Part shown: positions 37,297 through 51,883 of the stretch, in pieces
Layout of the letters: each line of letters opens with the position of its first letter
Numbering within the stretch: the first letter of the stretch is position 1
Assembly (NCBI RefSeq): GCF_006345805.1
Contig: NC_043003.1
Location: 71,424,001 to 71,488,000, forward strand
Length of the DNA stretch: 64,000 bases
From: Octopus sinensis
Lineage: Eukaryota
Direction of reading: 5' to 3'
The notes under the pieces: model-generated
Database searches by the model: none
What the model saw: only the letters and a program-made list of their open reading frames with translations
What the model was told of the DNA's origin: nothing
Program-made: the position numbers and the translations under genes

Positions 37297-37648
37297 TATA
37301 TTATAATAAATTAGAGACAAAACCACTATTATGCAAATCAAACAAAGAAAGACTTAAGCCAATACATAAAATATAAAATAATTTATATAAATTAAAATTT
37401 AACAAATGAATAACCACTACGATTGTTTCGTGTCAGCACATCTTAGACTTCATAGTTTATAACTCGCTAAGAAGGTTTAGAAACCACTTGAAGAATGTCT
37501 AAGATGTGCTGACACGAAACGATCGTAGTGGTTATTCATTTGTTAAATTTTAATTTATATAAATTATTTTATATTTTATGTATTGGCTTAAGTCTTTCTT
37601 TGTTTGATTTGCATAATAGTGGTTTTGTCTCTAATTTATTATAATATA
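37297..37648. repeat. Near-perfect palindrome (152-bp arms, 48-nt spacer) of a pLTR containing a hammerhead
   Basis: Arms 37297-37448 and 37497-37648, with one mismatch seen. Confidence 0.9.
37482..37533 (+). ncRNA. Minimal type I hammerhead (U3 variant, A.C at base of stem II)
   Basis: AACCAC-TTGAAGA-A-TGTC/11nt/GACA-C-GAAA-C/GATC/G-T-A-GTGGTT. Confidence 0.55.
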
Positions 37649-37725
37649 ATATTTTATTATAAAATTGGATTCAATCTTAAATCTGATTTTTTCTTGTAAA
37701 TTTGGATTTATTCCCTAATATTTAT

Positions 37726-37764
<39 letters not shown>

Positions 37765-38099
37765 AGTAAGATTCAGTTGAATTAAGAACTTAAATTGAGG
37801 CACCTCATTAGGTCAGAATAATATACACACATAATATTATGTAAATATCAAACTTAGTACATAAGCACAGCCAAATGATATTCCTGCAGCGTATGTAGGC
37901 AATTAGACTCAGCTGAGTGAAGAAATCTGCTCTTGAGCTATTCAGATATGTACATTATATTAATTATACAATCCATAATACTTACGAAGGACAGATTCTG
38001 AGATAGGTGAATAAAATATAAATGAGTAACAGTAAAGGTACAGGCATCAATCCATTATGGCAGTTTCCAACAACTTCTTTAATTGATTAATGAAATCAT

Positions 38100-38765
38100 T
38101 GAAGATAAGTGTGTGAAAAAGTGCCACACCCTAGTGCTTGAGGGAACCTGTGGAAGAGGCAGACCCAGGAAAACCTGGGACGAGGTGGTGAAGCACGACC
38201 TTCGAACTTTAGGTCTCACCGAGGAAATGACTAGAGACTGAGACCTTTGGAAGTATGCTGTGCATGAGAAGACCCGGCAGGACAAGTGAGACCATAACCC
38301 ATGGCCTCTACCTGGGATATAGCCAGTCCACTTATGCATACCTTTCCTTCTTAGGACACAAAACTCTACTTGTGAAGACCCGTTGAGGCAAGTGAAAATC
38401 AAAATCAAAATCGATCAACATCAATGGAAATTGCAGCTGTGACACTAGTGCCAGTGGTACGTAAAAAGCACCATCCAAATGTGGCCATTGCCAGCGCCAC
38501 CCCGACTGGCCTCATGCCGGTGGCATGTAAAAAGCACCATCCGATTGTGGCTGTTGCCAGCCTCACCTGGCACCTGTGCCGGTGGCATGTAAAAGCACCC
38601 ACTACATTCACGGAGTGGTTGGCATTAGGAAGAGCATCCAGCCGTAGAAACATTGCCAGATCAGACTGGGCCTGGTGCAGCCTTCTGGCTTCCCAGACTC
38701 CAGTTGAACCATCCAACCCATGCTAGCATGGAAAGCGGACGCTAAACGATGATGATGATGATGAT
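38100..38765 (+). mobile_element. RTE LINE 3' end (ORF C-terminus + 3' UTR + (GAT)n)
   Basis: EGTCGRGRPRKTWDEVVKHDLRTLGL...DLWKYAV followed by the common tail. Confidence 0.85.
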
Positions 38766-39547
38766 GATTACATCATTATAAAGAAACTGTTTCCGTCAGA
38801 TGAATTTATGAACTTCAAAATAAAAGACATTCCAAATGATTTAACAGTTTAAAATCCATACAGTAAAATATTTACAGTGATTCTGCTACTATTCCAGTAG
38901 ACAGGAAAAAAAAAATAATAAAACCCATGCTAGCATGGAAAACGGACGCTAAACGATGATGATGATGATGATATATATATATATATATATATGGATCATA
39001 GGGTGACCTGCTGTACTTGAGGAGACCTACTGAGTCAAGTACATCAACATCAAAACAAAAATCAAATGGAAATAGTAGTTGTGATACCCGTGCCAGTGGC
39101 ATGTAAAAAACACCATCCAAACGTGGCCGATGCCAGTGCCGTCTTGACTGGCATCCATGCCGGTGGCACGTAAAAAGCACCAACTGATCATGGCCATTGA
39201 TAGCCTTCTCTGGCCCCTGTGCTGGTGGTACGTAAAAAGCAACCACTACACTCATGGAGTGGTTGGCGTAGGAAGGGCATCCAGCTGTTGAAACACTGCC
39301 AGATCAGACTGGAGCCTGGTGCCACCTCCTGGCTTCCCAGACCCCAGTTGAACCATCAAACCCATGCTAGCATGGAAAACGGACGATAAACGATGATGAT
39401 GATAGTGAAGCCATGTGGCTTAGTGGTTAGGATATTCAGCCCATTATTGTAAGGACCACTTGCACGTTAATTTCACAAGCAGGCTTTTCTGTTGATCATA
39501 TCAGCTGATCAGCTGGGACCTTCATTGTTGTAACTGACGGAGTAATC

Positions 39548-39598
<51 letters not shown>

Positions 39599-39619
39599 TA
39601 ATTAAGGGTTTACCTACAA

Positions 39620-40060
39620 GTTGCTTCACCACATACTGAAAATCTTTACTATCAATGATCTCCTGATATCTGTTACTACAGGATTGAATTAATTTCTTGC
39701 AAAATGATGGAGTAATATTATTCCATTTGTTTTACAATAATTCCAAGAGTTCATCTTGGTTCTTTGGGTTTCTCCTTTGCACCCTATCTCCAATAATCTT
39801 CCAAACGTTTTCTATAGGGTTTAGCATCTGTTGATCTGGATGACTTAAAATGAGCCACGATTCATTACACAACACTTCTAGACCTTCCTACAGTAGTTGC
39901 TATCACAGAATTTGACTTGCCCTCTTGGTGAAGGCACACAATCCTTTGTTTCTCATCACAGGACACTGGTCATCTCTCACAAGCTGCTATGTAGACAGTT
40001 GAGTGTTCCAATAATGTAAGATCATAAGAAGTAACTGTTAACTCATTAACAGTCCACTGT
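39620..40060 (-). mobile_element. Internally deleted Tc1-like transposon
   Basis: EKQRIVCLHQEGKSNSVIATTVGRS joined to LNPIENVWKIIG...PKNQDEL. Confidence 0.75.
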
Positions 40061-40499
40061 CCATACTGATATGAGTTGGATGGTTTGAACAGGACTGGCA
40101 AGCTCAGAGGCTGCACCATACTCTAGTCTGATTTGGCATGGTTTCTACAGTGGAATGTCCTTTCTAATGCCAACCACTCTGAGAGTGTAATGTGTGTTTT
40201 TACGTGCCACCGGCATAGGTGCCAGTTTGTGTGACACTAATATCAACTACGAGTATGATCTCACTTGATGGATTGCCTTCTCAAGCACCTACCACATACA
40301 AAAACTTTTCTTTTTTAACCTTCCTTTGATATTGCTGCACCTATTATGTATCCATAGCTTACATTGGATACATCTGATGCAATTTCTACCTATGCCTTTT
40401 CTACACATCGAGCAGGGCTATCTACCAGAGAGCATTTGTGATGTGTCTGCCTTCCTACTTATTAACACTTTGGTTTTGCTAGGTTGACTCTATGGCCCT

Positions 40500-40980
40500 T
40501 CTATTCTAGACCTTGCTTCCACACCTGAAACTTCTCTAGTTCTGATAGTGATTCAACTATTAGAGCAAGGTCATCAGCATAGAGGAGCTCCCAGGGACAG
40601 CATGTCTTAAATTTCTGTTATTGCCTGGAAGACTATGAAGAAGAAGAGGGGTTTGAGGACCAATCCTTGGTGAACCTCAGCTTGTACCCAGAATTCTTCA
40701 CTATACTCATTGCCGACCCTCACCTTACTGACAGCATCCCTGTACATGACTTGTACAGCTCTCATCAACCACTCATCTTTCCCTAGTTTCCACACTGACT
40801 ACCAGATAATGGATAAGAGATCCTGGCCGTGGCTTTCTCCATGTCAACGAAAGCAAAGTACAGAGGTTTATCTTTGGCTAGGAATTTCTTCTGCAGCTGC
40901 CTTACCAGGAATATAGCATCAGTGGTGCTTCTCCCTGGCACAAACCCAAACTGCATCTCATCTGACCTGAGCCCTTGGAA
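40500..40980 (-). mobile_element. RTE reverse transcriptase fragment
   Basis: EMQFGFVPGRSTTDAIFLVRQLQ...AFVDMEKA and VRVGNEYSEEF.V...VHQG.VL.PL.F. Confidence 0.85.
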
Positions 40981-41200
40981 AGATGAATTGTTTCAATTGT
41001 TGCGTGAAAAGTGGGCAAAGACAATCACAACGCTCATCAGTTCAATGCCAAAAAGAATTTCTGAATTAAAAATTGCAAAGGGAATGTTTACTAAATACTG
41101 AAGTATGTAGTTCTACCTATCGATCACATTTCAATTGTTTGCTTTGCGTATTAAATAAAAGATTTTGAAAATTAAAGGTGTCTATTTACTTCCTGCATGT
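40980..41200 (+). mobile_element. Tc1 transposase 3' end
   Basis: DELFQLLREKWAK...LISSMPKRISELKIAKGMFTKY*. Confidence 0.75.
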
Positions 41201-43899
41201 CTATATGTATGTTTGTGTGTCTGTCTGTGCCCTCTCCATTGCTTGAAACTGGTATGTTCACGTGGTTCGGCAAAAGAGAAGGATGGAATAAGTACTAGGC
41301 TTAGAAAGAATAGGTCTTGAGGTCAATTTGACTAAAGGTTGTGCTCCAGCATGGCCACAGTCAAATAACTGAAACAAATAAAAGAATCTATGTATATATA
41401 TGATTGGCTTTTTTCAGTTTCCGTCTACCAAATCCTCTCAAAAGGCTTTAGTTGGCCTGTGGTTATAGTAGAAGACACTTGCCCAAGGTACTGCCCTGTG
41501 GGACTGAACTCAAAATCATGTGGTTGGGAAGCAAGCTTCTTACCACACAGCCACTCCTGCACCTAAATATATATGTATATACATACACAGATACATACAT
41601 ACATACATACATATATGTATGTGTATATTTATATATATATATATATATATACATGTGACTAGAATGTTAAGAAACTCTTACACTGCTAGAAGTGAGAGCT
41701 AAAGCACTCTAATCCTGTAGTTAATGCACATAAATGAAAACATATACACTAACAGGGACCATAAGTGTTTGGGAAAATTCTGATCAAGAATTGTTAATAC
41801 TGATGTCAGCCTGCTTGATTGTTTGACTTTTCCAGATCTGCTTCACTATTAGTATTTATGTTTCCATCATCCAAGCTATCGGATGATTTAGCAATTTGCT
41901 AATGTGTATATTTAACATTAATATAAACAGCTGTTTACAATTTTGTTTTGGGATTTGGTTTGCAAGATTCTTTACATAAGTTCATGTGTTGAAGAAAAGG
42001 TTGCAAGACGCAACGAAAATTTTAGGACAATAAAAATAAGAAAAAAAAGTGGAAATTTTACCGCTGAGTGTGTTATATTATAAGGCACCAAAAGAAAATG
42101 ACTCTCCCCCAACACAACAGAGTTGTTTACAATGTTTCACCAGAAAGGAAAATTATAAATATCACTATAAATGTGATTAGGGTGTTAGGAAACACCTACA
42201 TTGCCAGAAATAATAACCAAAGTGGTCTAATGCTGTAGTTAAAGCACATGAGTGTAAACATATATGCTAACAGGGACCATACACATACATTGGGTGTGTG
42301 TGACCAATAACGTTTATAACACTAGCACGGCTACTAATTGATATTTGGATTTATTCCTACATATGCACCATAGGGGCTTAACAACAAGTGGTTTTTACAC
42401 TATTTTTGCATATAGTCATGGACTGGTGATTCAGTTCATCTCCAATTCAGTCCAGGTACATGATGTTGATAAACCACAAAAATGGCAAAACATCAAGATC
42501 CATTGCTCCTGAATGGAATTAGGGGTACGTTGTCTTGCCTGTCTATGACTTTCAGGTGTTTTAACATTCAGCACTTTAGGGAACTCATCCCCACCATGCT
42601 AAACCACAGTATACCGGCGAATAAGCAAAACACACAAACTGTGTAAGTGTGGTCAATAATGTTTACAACACCAGTACTGCTTCTAATTCATATTTGAATA
42701 TACATATAATATATATAGATGCTTGTGTGTGTATGTTTATGTGTGTTTGTGCAGACAATTCCCAGATGGTATAATGGCAGGTCTAATTATTTGTAAAGTC
42801 TTTTAATAGAATTAGATTTCTTTTGTTAAGCTTTAATTCCTATTTGAGCTAGGTTTTGGTTTGCATTTCCTTGACTGATTCACCAACCCAAAAGACATCT
42901 AATATCTTATAAAATCATGTTTCACTGTGTTCATTCCCCTCCTCCACCATTCTTGCATATCTGTTATCTATATCATACAGAATAAATCCAATTCCAGCCA
43001 ATGGTTTTGCAAAGTTTTGTAACATTTTCATTGATATTGCTTTTGGAAATGTTTTTGTTTTACCTATTTCTTAATGTTTTTACCAGAATATACGACATTC
43101 ATTGAAGACTAAGAAATAACCAAAAATGTTGTTTATCAAAGATTGAAATGGGATTTTTGCTTGTACCGGTTGATTGCTAAAGGTATAATGGCTATCATAC
43201 ACATAATTTCCACAGAGAGTTTACATACGTAAATATCAATTCCTTCAATCTCCATATTATTCCAAAATTGAAATCTGTCAGTAAACTTCTTTGTTTCTTT
43301 CTGTAGCACATTGCTTATATACATACATACACATATATATATATGTACACACACACACACATATATATATATGCATTTGTATCCATATGTGTGTCCACAT
43401 GATTACATGTATGTATCAAAAGAAAGGACCAAAGGTCCTTCCTGAGTAATAGATCGTAAGGCCAGTTTCCTTGGATTCTGTAGCATATATATATTTTGTG
43501 TGTGTATGCATGTGTGTGCGTGCATGCGTGCGCATGCCTATGTATGGATATATTCATATGTATATGCTAACTCTCACCTGCTTCCAAGCAAGGTAATATT
43601 TTCTCATACCAAGATATGTTTTCCGAAGCGACTGGAACTGATTGACACTGCTTGTATGATGACGACATACATTTGCAACTTTAGGGTGATGTCAAGACAA
43701 GATGGCACACACACATGCACACACGCGCACACATACACACATATATGATGAGCTTTTTTTCAGTGCCTCTCTATTATATTTACTTGCAAGGGTTTGATTA
43801 GCCTGGGGCTGTGGTAGAAAACACCAGCTGAAGGTGGCATATAGTAGAACTGAGCCCAAAACCAGCAGTGGAAAGTTATTTAAGACATGAAGCAAGGAT

Positions 43900-45615
43900 T
43901 CTGGAAAAGAATACTGAACATTTGAAATAATTTGTGACCATTTAAACTGTTACCATGAAAAAACAAATATTTGAGAGCAATTAAAAAAAAGGCAGAAAAG
44001 GAGAAAACTACTGGACCAGATGTCTATGGTCTCAAGCTGAAGGAATTTACAAATCTCCATGAAACAACAAAATGAATGCATGTCAAAGAGGAATGCAGTA
44101 CTGTAGCTAGCAAATGAACCAGCCGAATACTGAAAGACAAGCTGAAAGGAAATGCTGTCTTCAATTACATGTCTGCCAATTATGGGAAAACTCCTGGTAG
44201 GGATGATTACCGAAGAGGTATAGCAACACTTATATGAGAAACATCTAATACTTGATAAAGAGAAAGGTTGTTGAAAAAAGAAAGCATAGGAATGAAAGAT
44301 CAATTAATGATTAGCAAGATGATCTTGAAGAATTGCAGGAAGATTATTATCAAATTTATGCATCATGTGGATCAGTTATAGAAAAGTTTATGATTTTGTT
44401 CCATAGAAGTGTTCAAGATTTTGAAGTAGAATTAATCTGGTGGTGAGAGAAAGATTAGCAGATATACAAATCAGAAAAGGAATCTTGCAAAGGAACGGTT
44501 TTTCTCCTGTCTTGTTTGTCATCACTTTGTTGATCATGTTGAACAATGCTAAGGAAGGATATTCACTGGGTCTATAAACAAGACAATTTTAAAGCTCAGT
44601 GGTAAAGACAAGAATGAATTCTTTGGTGCATACCTTAAGAATATTTAGTAGTCATGTTGGGATATGTGGAACTGTGAAATGTACTATGATGGAGATGAAG
44701 CAGGAAAAATTATTACAAAGCTGGACTGTATCTACCTGATGATAAGAATATAAAATATCAAATGGAGAAGAAACATAGATATTTGGCAATACTGGAACTA
44801 AATATTGAATTGAAGGAAATCCTCTGTAAACAGTATTTCCATAGACAGAAAAAGATTTTAAAATACAACTTGCATGTCAGAAATATGCAAACAATCAGCT
44901 TGAGGGCAGTAACATTTACAAGGTATGGAGAAAGGATGAGTTGGAACTTATCAACAGGGAATCGAGAAAATAAGAAAGAATCTCACAATATACAGAAGCA
45001 TACAAATCCAATCAAATGTAGATCGAAAAGAACAGGAGGAAGGGGTTTAAGAAGTGCTGAAGAGGCAGTAAAATTGCAGAAAATACTTTAGGTTTCTATT
45101 TAGAAAAACTATTCTTCTTAAGGATTATTTATGGAATAAGTAGAATCAAATAGAAAAAAAAAGCAACAGAAAATGTGTACAATAGGAAATCAAACTTTAA
45201 AAGGAAAGAAACTTTCAAAAAGACAAAGGATGATAAAGACAGATGGTTCTGGTTAAAGAAACAAGTACTGAAGAAAATAACTGAGGAAATGATTGTAGCA
45301 GCACACACAAGAACAATCCTATGGGTAAACTGGTTCTACTATAATACAGATGAGACTATAACTCAGGTTGTATCTGGATGTTCAGTTAGCTCAGGATAAG
45401 TTGCTGCAATAATTCATTGAATTTTCTCAAGATATTTGGTTTTGTATGCTCAGAAAAGGGCCATGATGATTTTGCAAGAATAAAAATTAAAGCCCTTGTA
45501 AATGAAGTTGTTATGGAACTCTCAATTCCAACAGCAATATCTACATCAAACCAACAGACTCAAAACAAAATCTGTTATTATCTTCACGCCATCCAAAATA
45601 TATGAATATAAATAT
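43900..45615 (+). mobile_element. Highly degenerate R4/Dong-like non-LTR retrotransposon
   Basis: ITCLPIMGKLLVGMITEEV*QHL...DKEKGC, IRKGILQRNGFSPVLFVI, EEMIVAA, DETITQVVSGC. Confidence 0.65.
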
Positions 45616-45619
45616 TGTT

Positions 45620-46430
45620 TAACCAGGCAAGAACAATCTGCACAATTGTATCCAATCCCAAAACTCTGAGAAATAACTTCATGAACTTAAGAGAATATTA
45701 CTTGAAAGACAATACCCAATAACTTTAATGAATAATGGACTAGAATGGCCCAAAACAATAGACACCTAAGTATTACAAAAAGCAAGAAGTACCCTTGATA
45801 TACTCAATACTTTACCTTTATCATCAACACAATCCAAGAAGTACAGAAACATGCAACATCATCCATAAGAATATTCCATTTTTGATGAATAATCCACAAA
45901 TATAAACAACACTCAAAACACACAAAATGGACAACCAAAATCTTTTAAATACATTACTGGCACCAAATTACCCACCAAAAATGCAACCCCAATTGTACAA
46001 TAATCTAAAAGTATAATTGCCCTAATTGTGGAACCTACATCAGCCTCATTAAAAGCTTGATGTGAATTTAAATTAGGACAAAATATTTATCACTTGTGCA
46101 ATAAGAATTTTATGAAGACTACATAGACGAATGGTATTAACACTGGGACACAAAATGATGGTTTACCATCTATAATTATAAGACCCAAGTACCAGAAAAA
46201 TACCCATTAGTAAACAACTGGATCTTTGTTCAACAAATAAATATCCCTAATTCCAAATTTTCCCTTTATATGAATGTATCACAAACACTTCAGTCCAATT
46301 CTGATTAAATAAGGAAAATATATTTAAGAAATATGAACCAAAACTAAAACTAAGAGATTGAGAAAATACAGGTATATTCAACTCAATCAGACAAGTAGAA
46401 AAGAATAAAAGTAAATCAAAAGTTGAGGTA
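45620..46430 (+). mobile_element. Third PLE remnant
   Basis: FNQARTICTIVSNPKT / HELKRILLERQYP, similar to the 36240-37030 fragment. Confidence 0.55.
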
Positions 46431-49169
46431 ATGGGCTTCCTGCAGTATTTGAAACCCTAACTTAAACTACTGTGTAATTACAGTCTTTTTAATCCTATTT
46501 GTTAACATCATGCTAGAATTGACCAATTGGATTATGTTTTGGTTAAAACCAGACTCTGGAAAAAAACAACAAAAATGTTGTTGTTAAGCATTCAGCAGTT
46601 AGGACATGAGGAAATTAAAATGAATCAGCCAACTGGAACATTGGAAAAAAAAGCAGTGACCAGGACATTTGATAAACAAATGAGGTGTCCAGACTATCAA
46701 GCAACCAGAACAAATGACATCACCAGGCAGTCAACCAACCAGAATGCTAGGCCATAGGCAAGCAAAAACAAGAGTCCTAAGTTACCTTAAAATATAATGT
46801 GTGTGTGTATTAGTATCTATCTTTGTCAGTTGTAGTCTCTATATATTTGTGTCTCTGTCTTATTTTTATGTTCGTCTCTCTATTTGTCTCCATATCTGTA
46901 TTTAATTATTCAGATATATGATTTATGGCCACCAAACTTTTTCCCCTTACCTATGCATTTAAAATCTATATTTCAACTGAAATTTATCTATATTGTCCTT
47001 AACTCTATACTGCCATAGTCTTCGACTCTTTCTGTAGGTCTTCTTTATCAAAAGTGTATCATGCTTTGTAATATTCCAGGTCTATTTCCTTCTTGGTATT
47101 TAGAATATTTAACTCATATCCTTAGGCCAACATTCTGTTATTTTGCTTATCAGGTGTTGGTTCATCTTTTAAATGGCCATGAATTGCTTTTTGTCATCAT
47201 CTTGTTGCATTTTATTTGCTTTTAGAGTGAGTTTCCTCCTTTTCTTTATGATAGATCCCCACACCTCTCCAAATTCCACAATTTCTCCATTTTCTCACAG
47301 GACAATTGGTTGGGGGAAAGAAAAACTCTGGCTTATCAGATTCTGGGAACAAGGTAGAGGCAGACTTTCTGGCCCCTAGCAAAGCCAAAGTTAATGTTGC
47401 TTGTTATTTCTGTTGTAGACCTTTCTCCTCCTCTGTCTACTCATCATTGTCACTGCTAGTTGTGATAGGGGAATGAGTCCCCTGACATTCTGGTCAGCTC
47501 TTAGGACAAAGGATAAGGCAATCTTCCTTGTCAAATTTGAAACTTCAACTGATGGGACATTTAGAACAGCAACCTTTGGATCCTTCTGCAATTGTTTTTT
47601 AACTTCAAGGAGTAGAAAGCCTTCAAGTGGAATTTTCTAACTCAAGTATAATATCACCACTTATCTCATTGCTCTAGGTTTTCTAAGCATATTGGGGCAG
47701 TATTCTGCTATGACTCTGTGGTCTTGAGGGGTCATAAGAACTTGGAAATATGTACTAACACTCCTCCTAACCTCCCAATGTTATTTTCATGACCTCCAGA
47801 CTTATTGCCCACTCACATTGTTCCACAAAGGTGAAAACAAATTAGTGATTAACAACACTACCAATGTCTCCTACTGTTATCTTATCATCTTAGTGTTTTG
47901 TTATCTTATATGCTGGAGTTTTAGTTACTGCCAAGATGTTTTATACATTATTTTGCTGATGGTTGCAATATTGTTCCACATATAACCCATAGCTTCCTTC
48001 AAACCCTTTTGAGGTTCTACTGAACTCTGTTCCATAATTAACAAGGCATATGTATGTCAGTTTCTCCTTGCCAGATCCCAAACAAATTATTTGGGTAAGG
48101 AAACAAAGAATTTATTAACACAGGGTTGCTATAATTTTTCTCTGGGGTTGGGGTCTTGTTCATATTTAGAAACACCTTGTTTGAAGTATTAAGAAAATAC
48201 TATTTTTCCATTGATGTTTGTGAAAAATGCTTGTGTATATGAAGGCTACTCTTGCAGATCTAGTTATAAAGCATGCATTAAAGGTACTTTTAGTGCTTGA
48301 AAAGTCCCTATTTTTCCCTTTCAAAATGTTTGTGCACCAGAGCGAAGTATTTGTGTATATGTTATTTTTATCTTGCTTGTATTTGCAGAAATATTTAAGT
48401 GATTAGTTAAGGGGATATCCTACCTGTTATGTTGCTATATTGCTAAAAAAAAAACAAAGGAAATTATATGTTGAACCAAAACTGTTTTATTACATAGTCT
48501 TTTTGCTCCCAAAAGGGCAAATATCATGATAAATTATAATATAACTTTCTTCTGCTGTAGAAATAAAATAGAAATTTCCTACATTTAAAACTAGTTAGTA
48601 GATCATATCTTGCAGAGATCAAATTAACATGCTGTGACAGCATGAGCAACAACAGTAACAATTTGCATTCTGATTGATTTGTCATGCTCAATGGACATAA
48701 ACATTTCAATCAAAGAGATGCTATTTCTATCCATATCCAAAGATCTAAATATAGAGATAACAAAAAATCAGGCATGAAATCAGTATTATTCCTATAATTA
48801 GGACACTAAGTGTATTAAAAATATAGAAAGATCAGTATTTTCAGAAGTATACAATCACCGTTAGATAACACAATTGGATGAAAACTTGAGAAGATTATTC
48901 TGCTAGGAGGCACACATCTTGCAAAAAATGTATTTTCATATAGCTACATAAGATGTTTGTATAAATATAGATATGTGTTTTATACTTCTGTACTTATATA
49001 ACCCATGCTCTATATAACTACGTTATCTGAGTGTGGTGTGTTTATACACACACACACTTATATATTAACCAAAGTATACAGTGTTGTAGATATTTACAGC
49101 TGATTTTACCAATTAGATTTGTACAGAATATTAAGTATTCAGAGAATTATCTTATAACTGTGAAATCGA

Positions 49170-49702
49170 AATCAAAATGAAAGTGAAATTCGATGACGGG
49201 CACGAGCACCATACAAGCGTAATCATTGACAGAGTGGCTAACTGGCTTCCGTACTAGTGGCACATAAAAGGCACCATTCGAGTGTGATCGTTACCAGCTT
49301 CGCCTTACTGGAACTTGTGTCCCGTGCTAGTAGGGTGCTAAGAGCACCATCTGAGCATGATCATTGCCAGAGCGGCTAACTGGCTTCCATGCCGGTGGCA
49401 TGTAGGAGGCACTATTCGAGCGGGATCAGTACCAGCATCGCTTTACTGGCACCTGTACCGTTGGCATGTGTAAAAAAAAAAAAATTTGAGCGAAGTTGTT
49501 GCCAGTACCTCCTGACTGGCCCCCGGGCTGGTGGCACATAAAAGCACCCACTACTCTCTCGGAGTGGTTGGCGTTAGGAAGGGCATCCAGCTGTAGGAAC
49601 TTCGCCAGATCAAGACTGGAGCCTGGTGCAGCCATCTGGTTCGCCAGCCCACAGTCAAACCATCCAACCCATGGAGAGCAGATGTTAAACGATGATGATG
49701 AT
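49170..49702 (+). mobile_element. RTE 3' UTR with internal subrepeats
   Basis: Repeated AAAAGGCACCATTCGAG..GATC blocks followed by the common tail and (GAT)n. Confidence 0.75.
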
Positions 49703-50269
49703 AATTTTGAGGATGTGTGTGTCATAGTTGACTGGCATGGAAAAAATGATGACTAATTTCCATAAATGGAAGTGATGAAGTGTTACATCTAGCTTGTGGG
49801 TGCTGTGTAAAAGATGAAACAAAGTCACAGGTGGTAATTGAAGAGGATTCATCAAGTTATATTCCTTGCTCTGGAAAAACCTGAGTAATGGTTGCCAGCA
49901 AAATCCCAACTCCAATTTTACTGACAACAACCATTCAGGTTTCTTGGGGACAAAGAACATAACTTTGATATATCCAATTGTTTCATTGTCTTCTGTGACT
50001 TCATTTCATCTTTTTCACAGCATTCACTAGATATGAGCTTCAGTAACGGAGAACAGCCACTATTTTTTCCATGATAGCCAACTCTCATGAGTGCAGTTAT
50101 TTGATTATTTACTATCCTGTCCAAAACCAATTGGTAAAATTGACAACAAGGGAGCTATAATAATGTATGTTTTGATGAATATACCAACTCTATTGACAAA
50201 TATATGAATGCCTATTTTTCTGACTTATGGATTCTTAGATGATTAAACACACACACATACTTTTATTTA

Positions 50270-50494
50270 TTTATGTATGTATGTATGTATGTGTGTATGT
50301 GCGTATGTGTGTAAGTGAGTGTGTATGTATGTGTGTGTGTATGTGTGTATGTATGTGTGTGTATGTGTTGTATGTATGTATGTGTGTATGTATGTGTATA
50401 TGTATGTATGTATGTGTGTGTGTGTATGTATGTATGTGTGTATGTATGTATGTGTGTATGTATGTATGTATGTATGTATGTGTGTGTGTATGTA

Positions 50495-50535
<41 letters not shown>

Positions 50536-50552
50536 TTGTGTGTGTGTGTATA
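50270..50552. repeat. (TG)n/(TGTA)n microsatellite
   Basis: Direct inspection. Confidence 0.95.
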
Positions 50553-50929
50553 CATAGCTTGTTTGTGGTCAGTAATAAAGTTTTCCTTTTAGAATGTATT
50601 AATATTCTTGTAACGCGTGTATTTAAGTGCTATAGCATCTTAAGTTAAAATTCTCAAGCATTATTTTCTAGTTCTAAGCAAGCTCTTCATTAACCTTGTA
50701 GAGACTTAGAGACTCCTTTCTTTATTTTGGACTGTATTAATATTCATGTAATATATATTCATCTAAGAGTTGTATTTGTTCTAAGTAAAAATTTTCAAGA
50801 AGTTTTTGTTTTTTTATCTTCTTGACCCTGTATGTTTGAGGAGTTGGGGAAATAATGTTTCATTTGAGCAGTTATATTAATATTTGTATATCTGAATATG
50901 TGTAAGAGCAGTTTACCTGCAGGCAAACA

Positions 50930-51230
50930 TTTCCACAAAAAATTCTTTTCAGATGAGAAATGGACAGATAAAGTGATTAAGGTACTTACTGTATGATAGA
51001 ATACAAAACAAAGTCACAGGTGGTAATTAAGTTTAAATTAGTCTTGGAAAGCATAACTGTAACAATTATCTCTGCTTATGCCCTTGAATCAGGACTCCTA
51101 GATGAACAAAAGGACTGTTTTTATAATGCCCTTTCACAGACTCCCTTGATGACAAATGACAATGTCCTTATCTTTGTGGCTGGTGATGTCAACAAACATG
51201 ACCAAATGATCTGCAACACTAATTTTAAGA
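50930..51230 (+). mobile_element. RTE apurinic-like endonuclease fragment
   Basis: VTIISAYALESGLLDEQKDCFYNAL...VAGDVNKH. Confidence 0.7.
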
Positions 51231-51636
51231 CATCACCTAATTACCTATAAATCTGGTGGACACACAAGCCAGAATGACTACATTCTGAAAGCAAGATAGC
51301 ATCTCAAGCCTTGTGCTTGTTGTAGAATGGAATATTCTTTTCAATAAAAATAGATAAATTATAATTAAAAGGAAAAAATGTATGGTTTTCTATATTTTTC
51401 CAATTCAGATAAAGGATAATTTGTAGTTGTCACAAGAGAATCATTGTGATATTGATCACCTCCTTGTTGCTCTGATCAGTCATTTTAGCCAATTTATAAA
51501 TAGACAAATTCATTCTATTTATGATTATTGCATTGAAATAATAATATATCAGAGTCTAATAACATGGTAATTAATAGGTGAATTCTTAAATTCATTGGAT
51601 ATATTTTTATTGAACTTAAACACTACTTCATCATAA

Positions 51637-51687
<51 letters not shown>

Positions 51688-51688
<1 letters not shown>

Positions 51689-51760
51689 TAGAAGAAATAC
51701 CCGGCATTGCCCAGGTTAAAGAGAATAATAAAATTTAAAACGGCTGTCTAGATTATGCAG
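51688..51760 (-). mobile_element. Helitron 3' terminus
   Basis: Minus strand CCTGGGCAATGCCGGG-TATTTCTT-CTAG followed by T, like the 6395 end. Confidence 0.7.
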
Positions 51761-51883
51761 GTCTCAACTGCTAGTAGCTGAGACACCAACTTTCTACATT
51801 ACTAATTCCCCAACCCATCCCAGCATGGAACATAGACGTTAAGTGAAGTGTTAACAGAAAGTTTTCAACTCATATATGTATTA

